From positions 4,418-68,417 of the forward strand of contig CAYQUN010000012.1 in the NCBI GenBank assembly GCA_964420715.1: a stretch of DNA of 64,000 bases, given 5' to 3'. The DNA is from an uncultured Prevotella sp. (GTDB lineage: Bacteria; Bacteroidota; Bacteroidia; Bacteroidales; Bacteroidaceae). The position numbers and the translations under genes are program-made. The notes under the pieces were generated by a model. The model was not told where the DNA came from. It worked only from the letters and a program-made list of their open reading frames with translations, and did no database searches. This document shows, piece after piece, positions 9,503 through 20,494 of the stretch; positions within the stretch are counted from its first letter, which is position 1; each line of letters opens with the position of its first letter.

Positions 9503-9535
9503 TGTACACGGAGATTCCTGGAGTTTTGCCATCTT

Positions 9536-10432
9536 CTACTCGTCGGAATAAATATCTTCTTTTGATCCAATACAAAGTTTGCGCAAATCATAATAGGATC
9601 CATTATAGATATTGAAATCTACATACCCCTTTATGCCAGGTAATTTTCCAGCATCTGTGTGTTGCCAAAACTTCCACGCTCCTTTGTATTCCATCTTCTT
9701 CACATAGTAATGAGCTATCCAATAGGGATAATCGTCGAATACAGGCGTGTTGAGATAAGCCAACTTGAACTTATAATAAGTATAGATAATGGGTTTCACA
9801 TGATAGTGGTCTTCCACAATGTGCAACCATGTGAGCACATCCACCTGAAAGTCTTCCACGCTCTTGTTGGCCGGCTTGTGCTCTATGTCAAGTACGGGAG
9901 GCAAATCACCATCGGTAAGATGTACTTTGTCCAAAAAATAATAAGCCTGTTGCCGTGCACTCGACTTGTTGCTCCAAAAATGATAAGCCCCTCTAACGAA
10001 GCCATATTCGCGGGCTTTGTTAAAGTTGTCGACGAACTTCTCGTCAAACCTATTCGACCCCTCCGTACTTTTCATAATGATGAACCTCACGGGGCATCCC
10101 TCTATCATTCCATTGCGCAATTCATCCCAATCGATATCACCCTGGTAATGAGAAATATCGATACCATGAATCTCATAGCCCTTGGGATAGTCTGTATCAC
10201 CATAGATGGCCCTCCACCTAAAGCCTGTAGGTCCGACAAAGAAGAAATAGAAAGCCCAAACATAAAGAGCAATCATGGCAACCCCACCAACCCACCAGGT
10301 CCATCTCGGAAATCGAGTAAGGAATCGGGGAAGCAAATGGTGCTCATTGTGTTTTCTGCGGGCATGCACGGTGCTTCTTCGCTGCGAGGTATGCGAAGAA
10401 GAGACATTGCGATGTGTATGTCGTTTCGTCAT
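9536..10432 (-). CDS. Membrane-anchored GH25 muramidase (lysozyme)
   Basis: GIDISHYQG, KSTEG, RGAYHF and PPVLDIE motifs; N-terminal TM helix. The start could be 10432 or 10471. Confidence 0.9.
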   Translation of the reverse strand: MTKRHTHRNVSSSHTSQRRSTVHARRKHNEHHLLPRFLTRFPRWTWWVGGVAMIALYVWAFYFFFVGPTGFRWRAIYGDTDYPKGYEIHGIDISHYQGDIDWDELRNGMIEGCPVRFIIMKSTEGSNRFDEKFVDNFNKAREYGFVRGAYHFWSNKSSARQQAYYFLDKVHLTDGDLPPVLDIEHKPANKSVEDFQVDVLTWLHIVEDHYHVKPIIYTYYKFKLAYLNTPVFDDYPYWIAHYYVKKMEYKGAWKFWQHTDAGKLPGIKGYVDFNIYNGSYYDLRKLCIGSKEDIYSDE

Positions 10433-10494
10433 CCAGTAGAATATACGTCCATGGACGCTTTGGGGGGACAAGCATCCATGGACGTTTCTCGTTT

Positions 10495-12135
10495 TTATTT
10501 CTGCTCCAATTCAAGGGTCTTGGTGGACTGGTCGCACACCTCTGTGGGGCCCCAATACTGGATAGGTCCAGGATAGACATACTCAGTCTTGACAGCCAGT
10601 TCGTCACGTTTGGCGGCCCATGCCTTGAAGGGGGCACCATCGAGTTCAACAAGCGCCTTTCGGATGACGGGTTTCATCTCTCCATTACGTTTCTCCATGT
10701 TCATCATCATTGTGATAGGCACGCCACCAGCCTTCCACTCGTCGGTGTTGGCTGTGAGGTTCTTCACGATGGCCATATATCCCGTCTTTCCATTGGCAAT
10801 GAGCTGCGCTGCGCTTGTGCCAAGTGCATAGCAATAATCGGCATCAAAATTGGAAGGAGCCGCACAACGTCCCTCATAGCCGAAGAAGTGATGCTGGGTG
10901 GCAAATTTCCCATGATATTTCCCTTCCTGTTTCCACTTGTCGAGGAGCGCACCAACCATATCGGCCAACAGCTTTTCTGTCTCGATGAGCGACACCTGCA
11001 CGTTTCCATGAGGATCGCGGTCAAGGCTTAACTGATGAGCGACGTCTGCCGGCAGAGTCTCGAATGTGGCGGCGTTTTCTTTGCTCAAGTGGCTAACAAT
11101 ATACTCGCGCTGTGCCTCAGGCTCCAAATCCTTGTATTCTGCCCCGTGGTTGGCCAGCAAGTCATTCAGCTCGTCGATGAGACGCCCAATGGCAGGAATA
11201 AACTCTATTAGGCCTTCGGGCACAAGCACGACACCAAAATTGTCGCCATTTTCGGCGCGACGTGCCACAGCGGAAGCTATCTGCTCCACAATTTGATTCA
11301 GGGTCATATCCTTTGCCTCGACCTCCTCCGAAATCAAGCAGATATTGGGCTGAGTCTGCAAGGCACATTCAAGTGCGATGTGAGAAGCAGAACGTCCCAT
11401 CAGTTTGATGAAATGCCAATATTTGCGTGCCGAGTTACAGTCGCGCTCAATGTTTCCAATCAATTCGCTATAGGTCTTCGTTGCGGTATCAAAGCCGAAT
11501 GAGGTCTCGATTTGGTCGTTTTTCAAGTCACCGTCAATGGTTTTCGGACATCCGATAACCTGCACCCCATACTTCTTGGCTGCATAATATTCAGCCAGCA
11601 CACACGCATTCGTATTGGAATCGTCACCACCAATAATGACTATTGCCTTGATGTCCAATTGGCGGATAACTTGCAAGCCCTTCTCAAACTGGTCAACCTT
11701 TTCCAGTTTGGTGCGTCCCGAACCAATCATGTCGAATCCACCAGTGTTGCGGTAATCCTGGAGGAATTCGGCAGTAATCTCCTTGTAATTATGGTCGACC
11801 AGGCCACCAGGGCCCATAAGGAAGCCGAAGAGTCTGTTTTCGGGGTTCAGTCGCTTAAGTTCATCAAAGAGTCCGCTAATGACATTGTGTCCACCAGGTG
11901 CTTGTCCACCACTTAAAATCACGCCAACATTCATTTTCTGAGTCGTGGGCTCATCGCCGGGTACAAACTCCACCAAAGGCATGCCATAGGTGTTGGGGAA
12001 TAATTTCTTAATCTCCTCTTGATTATCGACACTCTGTGTAGGAGCGCCTTCCTTCACCTTAACGGCTCCTTGAAGAGCCTTCGGCAACTTGGGTTGATAG
12101 GCTGCTCTTGCAATCTGCAATGCACTTTTTTCCAT
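10495..12135 (-). CDS. pfp: Pyrophosphate-dependent phosphofructokinase
   Basis: [27 protein letters not shown] and MGRSASH motifs. Start set at MEKSALQ. Confidence 0.95.
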   Translation of the reverse strand: MEKSALQIARAAYQPKLPKALQGAVKVKEGAPTQSVDNQEEIKKLFPNTYGMPLVEFVPGDEPTTQKMNVGVILSGGQAPGGHNVISGLFDELKRLNPENRLFGFLMGPGGLVDHNYKEITAEFLQDYRNTGGFDMIGSGRTKLEKVDQFEKGLQVIRQLDIKAIVIIGGDDSNTNACVLAEYYAAKKYGVQVIGCPKTIDGDLKNDQIETSFGFDTATKTYSELIGNIERDCNSARKYWHFIKLMGRSASHIALECALQTQPNICLISEEVEAKDMTLNQIVEQIASAVARRAENGDNFGVVLVPEGLIEFIPAIGRLIDELNDLLANHGAEYKDLEPEAQREYIVSHLSKENAATFETLPADVAHQLSLDRDPHGNVQVSLIETEKLLADMVGALLDKWKQEGKYHGKFATQHHFFGYEGRCAAPSNFDADYCYALGTSAAQLIANGKTGYMAIVKNLTANTDEWKAGGVPITMMMNMEKRNGEMKPVIRKALVELDGAPFKAWAAKRDELAVKTEYVYPGPIQYWGPTEVCDQSTKTLELEQK

Positions 12136-12179
12136 AACTGATAAATTAAAAATAAGTCTAGAAACTTTCAAAAACACTG

Positions 12180-12238
12180 CAAATTTACTAAAAAAAACTC
12201 ACTCGTGTTTGTATTTTCAGATATTTTTTCTAACTTTG
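12180..12238. promoter_or_regulatory. Divergent -7 promoter boxes
   Basis: TAAATTTG on minus (12180-12187, pfp) and TAACTTTG on plus (12231-12238). Confidence 0.65.
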
Positions 12239-12276
12239 AGCAATAATTAGTAACGACTTTAAAACGGAAGTTCATT

Positions 12277-12555
12277 ATGATGTCGAACAAAAGAGATTTA
12301 AAGAAGGCTATCAACTACATTTGCAGCGATTTATTCGCCGAATGTGTAGCAGCAGCCCTTTACGGTGGCGATACGCCCTATCAAGAGAACGTTGACGCGC
12401 TTCTCTCCTCCATTTTGGTCATCCACAGCGATTTTATCAGCCGTGTGTCCCATCCAGAACCTGGTATGAAGCCCAAGCTGTTCTATAAAGACTTAACAGA
12501 GGACTTCAACAAGCAAGTTACCGAAATCATTGACCAAATCAACAATCTGCAGTAA
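12277..12555 (+). CDS. Small hypothetical protein
   Basis: 92-aa helical-looking ORF directly after a promoter and heading an operon (NKRDLKKAINYICSDLFAEC). Confidence 0.7.
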   Translation: MMSNKRDLKKAINYICSDLFAECVAAALYGGDTPYQENVDALLSSILVIHSDFISRVSHPEPGMKPKLFYKDLTEDFNKQVTEIIDQINNLQ

Positions 12556-12574
12556 CAAGCCCAGAAAGAGCATC

Positions 12575-13147
12575 ATGCTACAGAAATTTTTTCGTTGGCT
12601 ATTATATAATCATATGGGATGGACCACACAAATAAGTGTAGACCTACCAAAAAAATGCATCATCTGTTTGGCGCCCCATACCAGCAATTGGGACCTTTTT
12701 ATTGGCCAAGCCTATTTGCACGCCGAAGGCCTAAAATCCAACTTCCTAATGAAGAAAGAATGGTTCTTCTGGCCTTTGGGACCCATTTTCCGTCGTATGG
12801 GCGGCATTCCTGTCTATCGTAGCAAACGCATGCGTATGACCGACCGGCTTGCAGAAATAGCAAAGTCGGAAGCACACTTTGCACTATGTATTACTCCCGA
12901 GGGAACTCGAAGTTTGAATCCCGACTGGAAGATGGGCTTCTATTACATTGCACTTGGTGCGGGCATCCCTATCCTTCTCTATGGCGTCGACTATGCGAAG
13001 AAGCAAATTGTCTGTACTAAGGTTATCGAGCCTAATGGGAACGAAAAAGCCCAAATGCGGGAAATCAAACTCTATTATAAGGATTTTAAAGGAAAGCATC
13101 CCGAAAAGTTTACTATTGGGGATGTTGATGAAAAAAGAAGGGATTGA
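12575..13147 (+). CDS. 1-acyl-sn-glycerol-3-phosphate acyltransferase family protein
   Basis: HTSNWD (HxxxxD) and PEGTRS motifs. Confidence 0.9.
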   Translation: MLQKFFRWLLYNHMGWTTQISVDLPKKCIICLAPHTSNWDLFIGQAYLHAEGLKSNFLMKKEWFFWPLGPIFRRMGGIPVYRSKRMRMTDRLAEIAKSEAHFALCITPEGTRSLNPDWKMGFYYIALGAGIPILLYGVDYAKKQIVCTKVIEPNGNEKAQMREIKLYYKDFKGKHPEKFTIGDVDEKRRD

Positions 13148-15794
13148 GACATTGAACTACCGATTGTCTGCATCACATATATATAATAAGGTGAAAATAT
13201 GGGGGGTGGAAACATCGCTTGCTATAGCTATGCTTACACCAATTCCTGCCTACGGGCAATACCTTGAGGGCGACACACGCGCTTGGGGAGACATTGAATA
13301 CACTGATGACCCGTGGGTATTCAATGCGTCACGTCCCAATACCATCACAAAAGGGCTGCTTAATCGGCATATATCCCTGTGGGCTTCTCACGGCCGCTAT
13401 TACGACAACGACAAGGGCATTTGGTGTTGGCAACGCCCTAACCTATTCTGCACCAACGAAGACCTATTTACGCAGACCATCGTCGTTCCTTTTCTTATCC
13501 CCATGCTTGAGAATGCTGGAGCTACGGTTTTTACGCCACGCGAGCGTGATTGGCAACCCCACGAGGTGATTGTCGACAATGACGATGCCGTCAAGTCTCC
13601 CTTTTATGTGGAATTCAACGATAACAAACCATGGAAAAACTCCGACTCTACGGGATTCGCAAGACACAAGAGCATGCTCTCTATCGGGGACAATCCTTTC
13701 CGCATGGGCACTCTCCGGCAAGCTAAAGCCACCAAACGGAAACACGCAAGCGAAATTTCCTACCAGCCCAATCTGCCTGAAGAGGGAAGATATGCCGTCT
13801 ATGTAAGCTATCAGACGACGAAAAAGAGTGTTCCTGATGCTAAGTACATCGTTTGGCATAAAGGCCAAAAAACAGTGTTTACCGTTAATCAGCGCATGGG
13901 TGGAGGTACGTGGGTATATTTGGGCACCTTTGATTTTGACCGCGGATGCAATATCTATAATCGCGTTGTGGTCACCAATCAAGCTTCCAAGCGAGGCGTG
14001 GTAACATCTGACGCTGTCCGCTTTGGCGGGGGAATGGGAAATATAGAACGTGGCGGTACCGTGAGCGGCCTGCCACGTTGCCTTGAGGGTGCCCGGTATG
14101 CGGCACAATGGAGCGGGGCGCCCGAATGGGTGTACAATGGCAGGAGGGGGGCTAATGATTACGCCGACGACATTAACACACGTTCCCTCATGGGCAATTG
14201 GCTCTCAGGAGGCTCATGTTATACCCCTACTACTTCCGGACTGGGGGTTCCCATTGAGTTGGCGATGGCCGTGCATAGTGACGCCGGCTTCGCACCCAAT
14301 GGGTACGACATTGTAGGATCGCTTGCCATTTGCACTACAGATTTTAATGACGGGAGACTCGGAAGTGGTGTTTCCCGGCTCACCTCTAAAGATTTTGCCA
14401 AGGCCCTGTTAGAGAACCTCACCCAAGACTTGCGTGCTCGCTACCGTCTTTGGACAAAACGTTATCTCTGGGATCGCAATTATTCTGAAACCCGCCTCCC
14501 CGCTGTTCCATCTGCCATTATCGAATTGCTCTCCCATCAGAATTTCCCCGATATGAAACTTGGCCAAGATCCCATGTTCAAGTTCACAGTAGCTAGGTCT
14601 CTTTATAAGACCGTCCTTCGCTATGTTTCTTCCAATCATGGCCGTCCATACGTGGTACAACCACTACCACCGACCACTTTCTCTGTACAGTTAGACCACA
14701 AAGGGGTAGCCCGACTCAAGTGGACGCCCCAAATCGATGTAACAGAGCCTACGGCACGGGCGACAAGCTATAATGTCTATGTCGCTACGGGGACTAGCGG
14801 ATTCGATAATGGCACCAACATTAGTCAAACGGATTACGAGTTAAAATTGGAGCCCGGAGTGCAATATAACTTCAAAATCACAGCCTGCAATGCTGGAGGT
14901 GAGAGCTTCCCTTCTGAGACACTAAGTGCCTATTGGACCCCCAAAGCCACAAAAACAGTGCTCATCATTAACGGTTTCCACCGACTGGCCTCTCCTCAGG
15001 TGATCGACGATAATGCCCACCAAGGATTCGATATTGATGCTGATGCTGGGGTAAGTTATGGCCTCACGGCTGGATGGAACGGGCGACAGCAATGTTTCTC
15101 TCGTTCGCAAATGGGACTCGAGGGACCAGGCGGACTCGGGTATGGCGAGAGCGAGATGGCCGGTCACTTCATCGCAGGCAATGACTTCAACTATCCTGTC
15201 GACCATTGCCGTGCCATTGCGGCTACAGGTAAATATAATGTAGTGAGTTGCTCTAACGAGGCTGTTCTGAATGGCCGTGTGAAACTCTCAGATTTCTCTC
15301 TCGTCGACCTCGTTCTCGGACTTGAGAGGTGTGATGGCTATACTCCTGAATATTACAAGACCTTCTCTCCGGAAATGCAACGGGCCATTTCGGCTTATGT
15401 CCATGGTGGAGGAGCTTTGCTGGCAAGTGGTTCCTACATCGGATCTGACATGCAGAGCAATACCGAAAAGGATTTTCTTGCCTCGACGTTGAAAACGGTC
15501 TACACACCCTCTGATTCTGCACAGCTTGGGGCTTCTCTGAAAGGACTTGGGATGGAAGTCGATTTCTACCGCACACTCAACAGCAAGCATTACGCCGCTC
15601 AGCATCCTGACATTCTCGCTCCTGGGCCACAAGCGATTTGTGCCATGCAGTATGCCGACGGAAGTCCCGCTGCAGTGGCCTATTCGGGCAACGATTATCG
15701 TTGCTTCATCATGGGTGTTCCTTTCGAGTGTATAAAAAAGGCTACTGACAAGCAAAGGCTCATGGGCGGTATTTTACAATTTCTTGAACATTAA
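13128..15794 (+). CDS. Secreted amidase_3-like / golvesin-Xly CBD-like / FN3 protein (often annotated 'xanthan lyase')
   Basis: Amidase-like HISLWASHG, AVHSDAG and SAIIELLSH; golvesin-like NQRMGGGTWVYLGTFDF...DAVRFGGG; FN3-like LEPGVQYNFKITACNAGGES. Start uncertain. Confidence 0.7.
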   Translation: MKKEGIETLNYRLSASHIYNKVKIWGVETSLAIAMLTPIPAYGQYLEGDTRAWGDIEYTDDPWVFNASRPNTITKGLLNRHISLWASHGRYYDNDKGIWCWQRPNLFCTNEDLFTQTIVVPFLIPMLENAGATVFTPRERDWQPHEVIVDNDDAVKSPFYVEFNDNKPWKNSDSTGFARHKSMLSIGDNPFRMGTLRQAKATKRKHASEISYQPNLPEEGRYAVYVSYQTTKKSVPDAKYIVWHKGQKTVFTVNQRMGGGTWVYLGTFDFDRGCNIYNRVVVTNQASKRGVVTSDAVRFGGGMGNIERGGTVSGLPRCLEGARYAAQWSGAPEWVYNGRRGANDYADDINTRSLMGNWLSGGSCYTPTTSGLGVPIELAMAVHSDAGFAPNGYDIVGSLAICTTDFNDGRLGSGVSRLTSKDFAKALLENLTQDLRARYRLWTKRYLWDRNYSETRLPAVPSAIIELLSHQNFPDMKLGQDPMFKFTVARSLYKTVLRYVSSNHGRPYVVQPLPPTTFSVQLDHKGVARLKWTPQIDVTEPTARATSYNVYVATGTSGFDNGTNISQTDYELKLEPGVQYNFKITACNAGGESFPSETLSAYWTPKATKTVLIINGFHRLASPQVIDDNAHQGFDIDADAGVSYGLTAGWNGRQQCFSRSQMGLEGPGGLGYGESEMAGHFIAGNDFNYPVDHCRAIAATGKYNVVSCSNEAVLNGRVKLSDFSLVDLVLGLERCDGYTPEYYKTFSPEMQRAISAYVHGGGALLASGSYIGSDMQSNTEKDFLASTLKTVYTPSDSAQLGASLKGLGMEVDFYRTLNSKHYAAQHPDILAPGPQAICAMQYADGSPAAVAYSGNDYRCFIMGVPFECIKKATDKQRLMGGILQFLEH

Positions 15795-15812
15795 CGATAA
15801 AACATAATTGCC

Positions 15813-16154
15813 ATGTATAAAATTCAAGCCAATCCTTCGGGTACGCGGAGTCTGGAAATATCAGACAGTCATTTGTCCACCATCCGCAAGTATCAACTCT
15901 TCCGTAATCTCATCGACAGCAATGGTGTGATCAACGAACAGACGTTGGATAAGTTAAAGATGAACATTCGTTCGCTATTAGAAAGCGAGACTGGCTGTGG
16001 TGACAAGGCCCTGCTCGACCTCTGCCTTGACATTATCTACAACAACAATATGAAAGCCTTCGGACTGCGCAACCTCGTGTTTCTTTATAAGAAATGGGAT
16101 GACATGAATCCGGATGACACACCCGACACCGACCCACTCGAAATTACAGATTGA
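15813..16154 (+). CDS. Hypothetical protein
   Basis: 113-aa ORF in operon spacing between the amidase-like gene and ygiQ. Confidence 0.7.
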   Translation: MYKIQANPSGTRSLEISDSHLSTIRKYQLFRNLIDSNGVINEQTLDKLKMNIRSLLESETGCGDKALLDLCLDIIYNNNMKAFGLRNLVFLYKKWDDMNPDDTPDTDPLEITD

Positions 16155-16178
16155 CCTGTTGCCTCTACGTGCAATTCT

Positions 16179-18263
16179 ATGGCAAAGACCTATCAGCTCA
16201 CAGATTTTCTCCCCACCACAAAAAAAGAGTGTGATCTCCGGGGGTGGAGCCAGCTTGACGTCATTCTGTTTTCAGGAGACGCTTATGTTGACCATCCATC
16301 GTTTGGTGCGGCTGTCATTGGGCGCATGCTTGAGGCCAGGGGCTACAGAGTCGCTATCGTTCCCCAACCCGACTGGCACGGCGACTATCGCGATTTCAAG
16401 AAACTTGGTCGTCCTAGGCTCTTCTTTGCTATTTCGGCGGGGGCCATGGACTCCATGGTAAATCGCTACACCGCCAACCGGCGCTTACGCCACGACGACG
16501 CCTATAGTCCAGACTCACGCCACGACATGCGTCCTGACTATCCTTCCATCGTATATGCACAAATCCTGAAAAAACTCTTTCCCGACGTGCCAGTTGTGCT
16601 TGGGGGCATAGAAGCTTCTATGCGTCGCCTCACACACTACGACTATTGGCAGAACAAGTTAAAGAAATGCCTCCTTTGCGAAAGTGGGGCGGACATGATT
16701 CTCTATGGCATGGGTGAAAAAAACACCGTGCAGTTATGTCAGGAGATGGAATCTGGACGCCCTATTAGCACGATAAAAGATGTGCCACAAACGGTCTTTC
16801 TCTGTCGTGAAGAGGAAATTCCTGGAGGTATTACCCCAAACGACATCGTGCTTCACTCACACGAGGAATGTCTGCGCAACAAGAAGGCAGAAGCAGAGAA
16901 CTTCCGCCACATCGAGGAAGAATCTAACCGCATGCATGCCCATCGCATTGTGCAAGCTGTCGATGGAAAGTTTGCTGTCGTGAATCCTCCCTATCCTCCA
17001 CTCACTACCGAAGAACTTGACGCAGCCTTCGACCTGCCTTATACACGCATGCCCCATCCCAAATACAAAGGAAAAACAATCCCCGCCTACGAAATGATTA
17101 AATTCTCTATTAATCTGCATCGCGGTTGTTTCGGGGGCTGTGCCTTCTGTACTATTTCTGCTCATCAGGGTAAGTTTGTGGTGTGCCGCTCCAAGAAAAG
17201 TATTTTACGCGAAGCCCGACAGGTGACCCAAATGCCTGACTTCAAGGGATATATCTCCGACCTTGGAGGACCATCTGCCAACATGTATGGTATGCATGGT
17301 CGCAATCTAAAGGCGTGCGAGCATTGTCGCAGACCTTCGTGTATCCATCCCGAGGTGTGTCCCAATCTTGATACCGACCATTCCCGGTTGCTCGACATTT
17401 ATCATGCCGTCGACGCCTTACCTGGCGTGAAGAAAAGTTTCATTGGGAGTGGCGTGCGCTATGACCTTCTTCTTTATCATAGCAAGGACGAACAAAGTAA
17501 CGAAGCTGCACGTCAATACACGAGGGAACTCATTACTCGTCACGTCAGTGGGCGACTTAAGGTGGCCCCTGAACACACATCTGCGCGTGTACTAGGCTTG
17601 ATGCGCAAACCGTCATTCAGTCAATTTTATGAGTTCAAGCGCATCTTCGACCGAATCAATACCGAGGAAGGATTGCGCCAGCAACTCATTCCTTACTTCA
17701 TCAGTAGCCACCCTGGGTGCCACGAGGAAGATATGGCTGAGTTGGCCGTTATCACCAAGGACATGGATTTTCACCTGGAACAAGTCCAAGACTTCACGCC
17801 AACGCCCATGACCGTGAGCACGGAAACATGGTACACAGGATACGATCCATACACATTAGAGTCGGTCTTTAGTGCCAAAACTCCAGAGGAGAAACTGGCA
17901 CAACGCATGTTCTTTTTCTGGTATAAACCCGAGGAACGCCCACGCATTGAGCGTGAACTTAGACGGATAGGACGTACCGATCTAATTCAGAAACTCTATC
18001 CGCAAGCTACTGGCCGAGGGCGGAATCAAGTGTCCCACAACCGTCGTACGTTCTATGATGACACACCCATCGGTAGCACATACGATAATCCAGGCGTAGG
18101 GCGAGCAGCCCAACACAAGAAGAAAACGTCCGAAAAAAGTTCGTCACCCTCCTTTGGCAAGAGGAAGAGTTTCAATCCAAATTTTGATCATGAAAATCAT
18201 AGAAAGTCAAGTCATTGGGAAAAGCAGCAGCGAAAACTGCGAGGACGGAATCGCTACGAATGA
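16179..18263 (+). CDS. ygiQ: YgiQ (UPF0313) radical SAM protein
   Basis: GDAYVDHPSFG, CFGGCAFC (CxxxCxxC), DLGGPSANMY and QVQDFTPTPMT motifs. Confidence 0.9.
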   Translation: MAKTYQLTDFLPTTKKECDLRGWSQLDVILFSGDAYVDHPSFGAAVIGRMLEARGYRVAIVPQPDWHGDYRDFKKLGRPRLFFAISAGAMDSMVNRYTANRRLRHDDAYSPDSRHDMRPDYPSIVYAQILKKLFPDVPVVLGGIEASMRRLTHYDYWQNKLKKCLLCESGADMILYGMGEKNTVQLCQEMESGRPISTIKDVPQTVFLCREEEIPGGITPNDIVLHSHEECLRNKKAEAENFRHIEEESNRMHAHRIVQAVDGKFAVVNPPYPPLTTEELDAAFDLPYTRMPHPKYKGKTIPAYEMIKFSINLHRGCFGGCAFCTISAHQGKFVVCRSKKSILREARQVTQMPDFKGYISDLGGPSANMYGMHGRNLKACEHCRRPSCIHPEVCPNLDTDHSRLLDIYHAVDALPGVKKSFIGSGVRYDLLLYHSKDEQSNEAARQYTRELITRHVSGRLKVAPEHTSARVLGLMRKPSFSQFYEFKRIFDRINTEEGLRQQLIPYFISSHPGCHEEDMAELAVITKDMDFHLEQVQDFTPTPMTVSTETWYTGYDPYTLESVFSAKTPEEKLAQRMFFFWYKPEERPRIERELRRIGRTDLIQKLYPQATGRGRNQVSHNRRTFYDDTPIGSTYDNPGVGRAAQHKKKTSEKSSSPSFGKRKSFNPNFDHENHRKSSHWEKQQRKLRGRNRYE

Positions 18264-18951
18264 CAACTTCATCGCCATCGTCGACGGAAGCACGGGGAAG
18301 ACACACGAACGTGTCCGTCCTGAAGTAACTAATGGTTGTTATGCCATGCAATTGATATGCGCCTATATCAACAAAATGGAGGGTACTACTAATCTCGACG
18401 ACTTCCTAAGCGGCATAACTCACCAAATAGCCCAAATACAAGGAAACCAACCTCCAGAGAAGCGACTCACTGCAAGTGCCATCATATATAGCCGCCTGCG
18501 GAAAGAAATATGGATGATTGGCGATTGTCAATGTCTGGTGGCGGGCCGACTATACACCAATCCCAAACCCTATGAACAAGACATCGCCGAACAGCGTGCC
18601 CTGCTCATTCGCAAGGGCATGTCACCAGCAGAAGCTCGTCAAGCCATTGTTCCCGAACTGATTCGAGCCATGTACATTGGACAAAACAAGACATATGCCG
18701 TCATCGATGGGACTCCCATTTACCAATGTGGCATTAAGGTGTTGCCCGTATTTCCAGGTCAGGAAATAGTGTTGGCCAGTGACGGCTATCCATTCCTTAA
18801 AAACACTTTGCAGCAAAGCGAAGCATGCCTGTTGCAACAACTTCGCGACGATCCGCAATGTATTGGCTCATTCGTAGCCACCAAGGGGCTTGTACCTGGA
18901 AATCACTCATTTGACGACCGCGCCTACATTCGTTTCCTTGCGTCTGACTGA
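18190..18951 (+). CDS. PP2C/PPM-like phosphatase-fold hypothetical protein
   Basis: CEDG, AIVDGSTGK, WMIGDC, LASDGY and FDDRAY match the metal-binding acidic motifs of PPM phosphatases; overlaps the ygiQ 3' end. Confidence 0.6.
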   Translation: MKIIESQVIGKSSSENCEDGIATNDNFIAIVDGSTGKTHERVRPEVTNGCYAMQLICAYINKMEGTTNLDDFLSGITHQIAQIQGNQPPEKRLTASAIIYSRLRKEIWMIGDCQCLVAGRLYTNPKPYEQDIAEQRALLIRKGMSPAEARQAIVPELIRAMYIGQNKTYAVIDGTPIYQCGIKVLPVFPGQEIVLASDGYPFLKNTLQQSEACLLQQLRDDPQCIGSFVATKGLVPGNHSFDDRAYIRFLASD

Positions 18952-19024
18952 GTAACTATAATAGTTGAAGCATGGCTGTTGTGTGTGGCTCGCCTCGTGC
19001 CCTTTAGTTCATTCTTAAAACAAA

Positions 19025-19073
19025 GCAAAACAGAAATGCCATCGTCTCTATTGACAACGCATTTCTGTTTTGC
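19025..19073. terminator. Hairpin between convergent genes (probable bidirectional terminator)
   Basis: Perfect 15-bp inverted repeat GCAAAACAGAAATGC / GCATTTCTGTTTTGC with a 19-nt loop. Confidence 0.7.
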
Positions 19074-19190
19074 GATTTTAGCTTGAAATTGACTTCCGAA
19101 CTTTACCGGATATCATATTCCATGCGGATTATCATATTTTCACATCTCTTTTCATGCTTCATTAGCATTTTCGAGCATAAGCCAAGTAGT

Positions 19191-20486
19191 CTATTTCACC
19201 TTTGATAACTTCCCGCAATACTCTTTGATAATCTTTAGCGTCGACTTGTCGCTGGCAAAAACAGAATTCAAGCCTTGTTCTTCTTGAGCAGGATCTCCAC
19301 TATAGTCGTCACCGTCTATCCAGCGTTCGTGCTTGGGCTTAGCGTATCCACCCCATCCCCAAAAGTTCAGTCCAGAAAAAGGTTCATGCTTTTTTGCATT
19401 CTGATAAACTAAATTAAATACATAACGGTAGAACTTGTCGCGAGCAACAGTAGGCGTCCCTAAACCAAATTTGTAGTTGTCACGTGGATAACCAAACTCT
19501 TCCATTACCAAAGGCTTGTTGATCTTTGTTGCTATAGCAAGGTGTCTGTCAATATAATCCTGAGCGTTGTTACAAGCTCTCTCCACACTTTCCAAAACCG
19601 AGTCTTTCTTGGTCCAGCCCCAGTTTAATGGCCAAAGATGTATATTGCAGTAATCTATGTTCCTATCAGAACAAATATGTTCCCATGTTTCATAACTGCC
19701 CTCGCAACCAAAAGCACCTTCGCTGCCAATAGAGATTAGGTGGTTGGGATCTATACTGCGGATTAGCGCCGAGGCTTCCGACAACCATTTTTCAAAATCT
19801 GGTAAAAGTTCGGAAGCAAAAGCTCGCGGCTCGTTACCTATCTGCCAAGACATGATTGCCGGATCGTTAATATACTTTTTCCCTGTGTATCGGTTGGTTC
19901 GACTGATGATAAATCGTGTGTAGTCAAAAAACAGTTGCTGGGCCTTCTTGTTGGTGGCGAATTGCCTCACTTGTTCCTGGTATTTGTCATAACCGGATTC
20001 TTCGGGTATGACAGCCTTTCCAGCCCCGGCATGTTCAAGATAGAAGCTGTATCCACCACTCCATTCCCAAGAGTTGTTCAGATAGAGTACGGCCACCATG
20101 TGGCGTTTACCCAGTTCTGCAAGAAGATAGTCAAGTCCGGCAAGAATGGTATCATTATAAACTCCAGGCGCTTGCTGAAGTGTTGGACGGACTTTGGCCC
20201 TAGGTCCCGCAATGCCATCTGAACCGACAAGGATTCGAAGATTGTTTATGCCAGTCTTTTTCAGCAAGTCCAGTTCTTTTTTGAGGCGCTTCCGGTTTCC
20301 CCCCTCGCCTTCCGAAGCCAATATGGGGCCATACCAAAAATTCGTTCCAACAAAGTAGTATGGCTTGCCGTCACGTTCAAAAGAGCCATTATTGACTGTT
20401 ACGAACTGTGCATGGCACGGACGTGCCAGCACAGCAAGTAATATGGTTATTATTATTCTCGTTATATTCTTCATTCTCGAAATCAT
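19191..20486 (-). CDS. GH5 beta-mannanase / mannosidase (GH5_7-like)
   Basis: GTNFWYG, LYLNNSWEWSGG, WQIGNEPR (acid/base), VMEEFG (nucleophile) and GDPAQEEQG motifs. Confidence 0.88.
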   Translation of the reverse strand: MISRMKNITRIIITILLAVLARPCHAQFVTVNNGSFERDGKPYYFVGTNFWYGPILASEGEGGNRKRLKKELDLLKKTGINNLRILVGSDGIAGPRAKVRPTLQQAPGVYNDTILAGLDYLLAELGKRHMVAVLYLNNSWEWSGGYSFYLEHAGAGKAVIPEESGYDKYQEQVRQFATNKKAQQLFFDYTRFIISRTNRYTGKKYINDPAIMSWQIGNEPRAFASELLPDFEKWLSEASALIRSIDPNHLISIGSEGAFGCEGSYETWEHICSDRNIDYCNIHLWPLNWGWTKKDSVLESVERACNNAQDYIDRHLAIATKINKPLVMEEFGYPRDNYKFGLGTPTVARDKFYRYVFNLVYQNAKKHEPFSGLNFWGWGGYAKPKHERWIDGDDYSGDPAQEEQGLNSVFASDKSTLKIIKEYCGKLSKVK

Positions 20487-20494
20487 AGTCTTGT

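Noticed and set aside
9659-10576. 305-aa plus-strand ORF
   Set aside because: Antisense to GH25 and pfp; no recognisable motifs.
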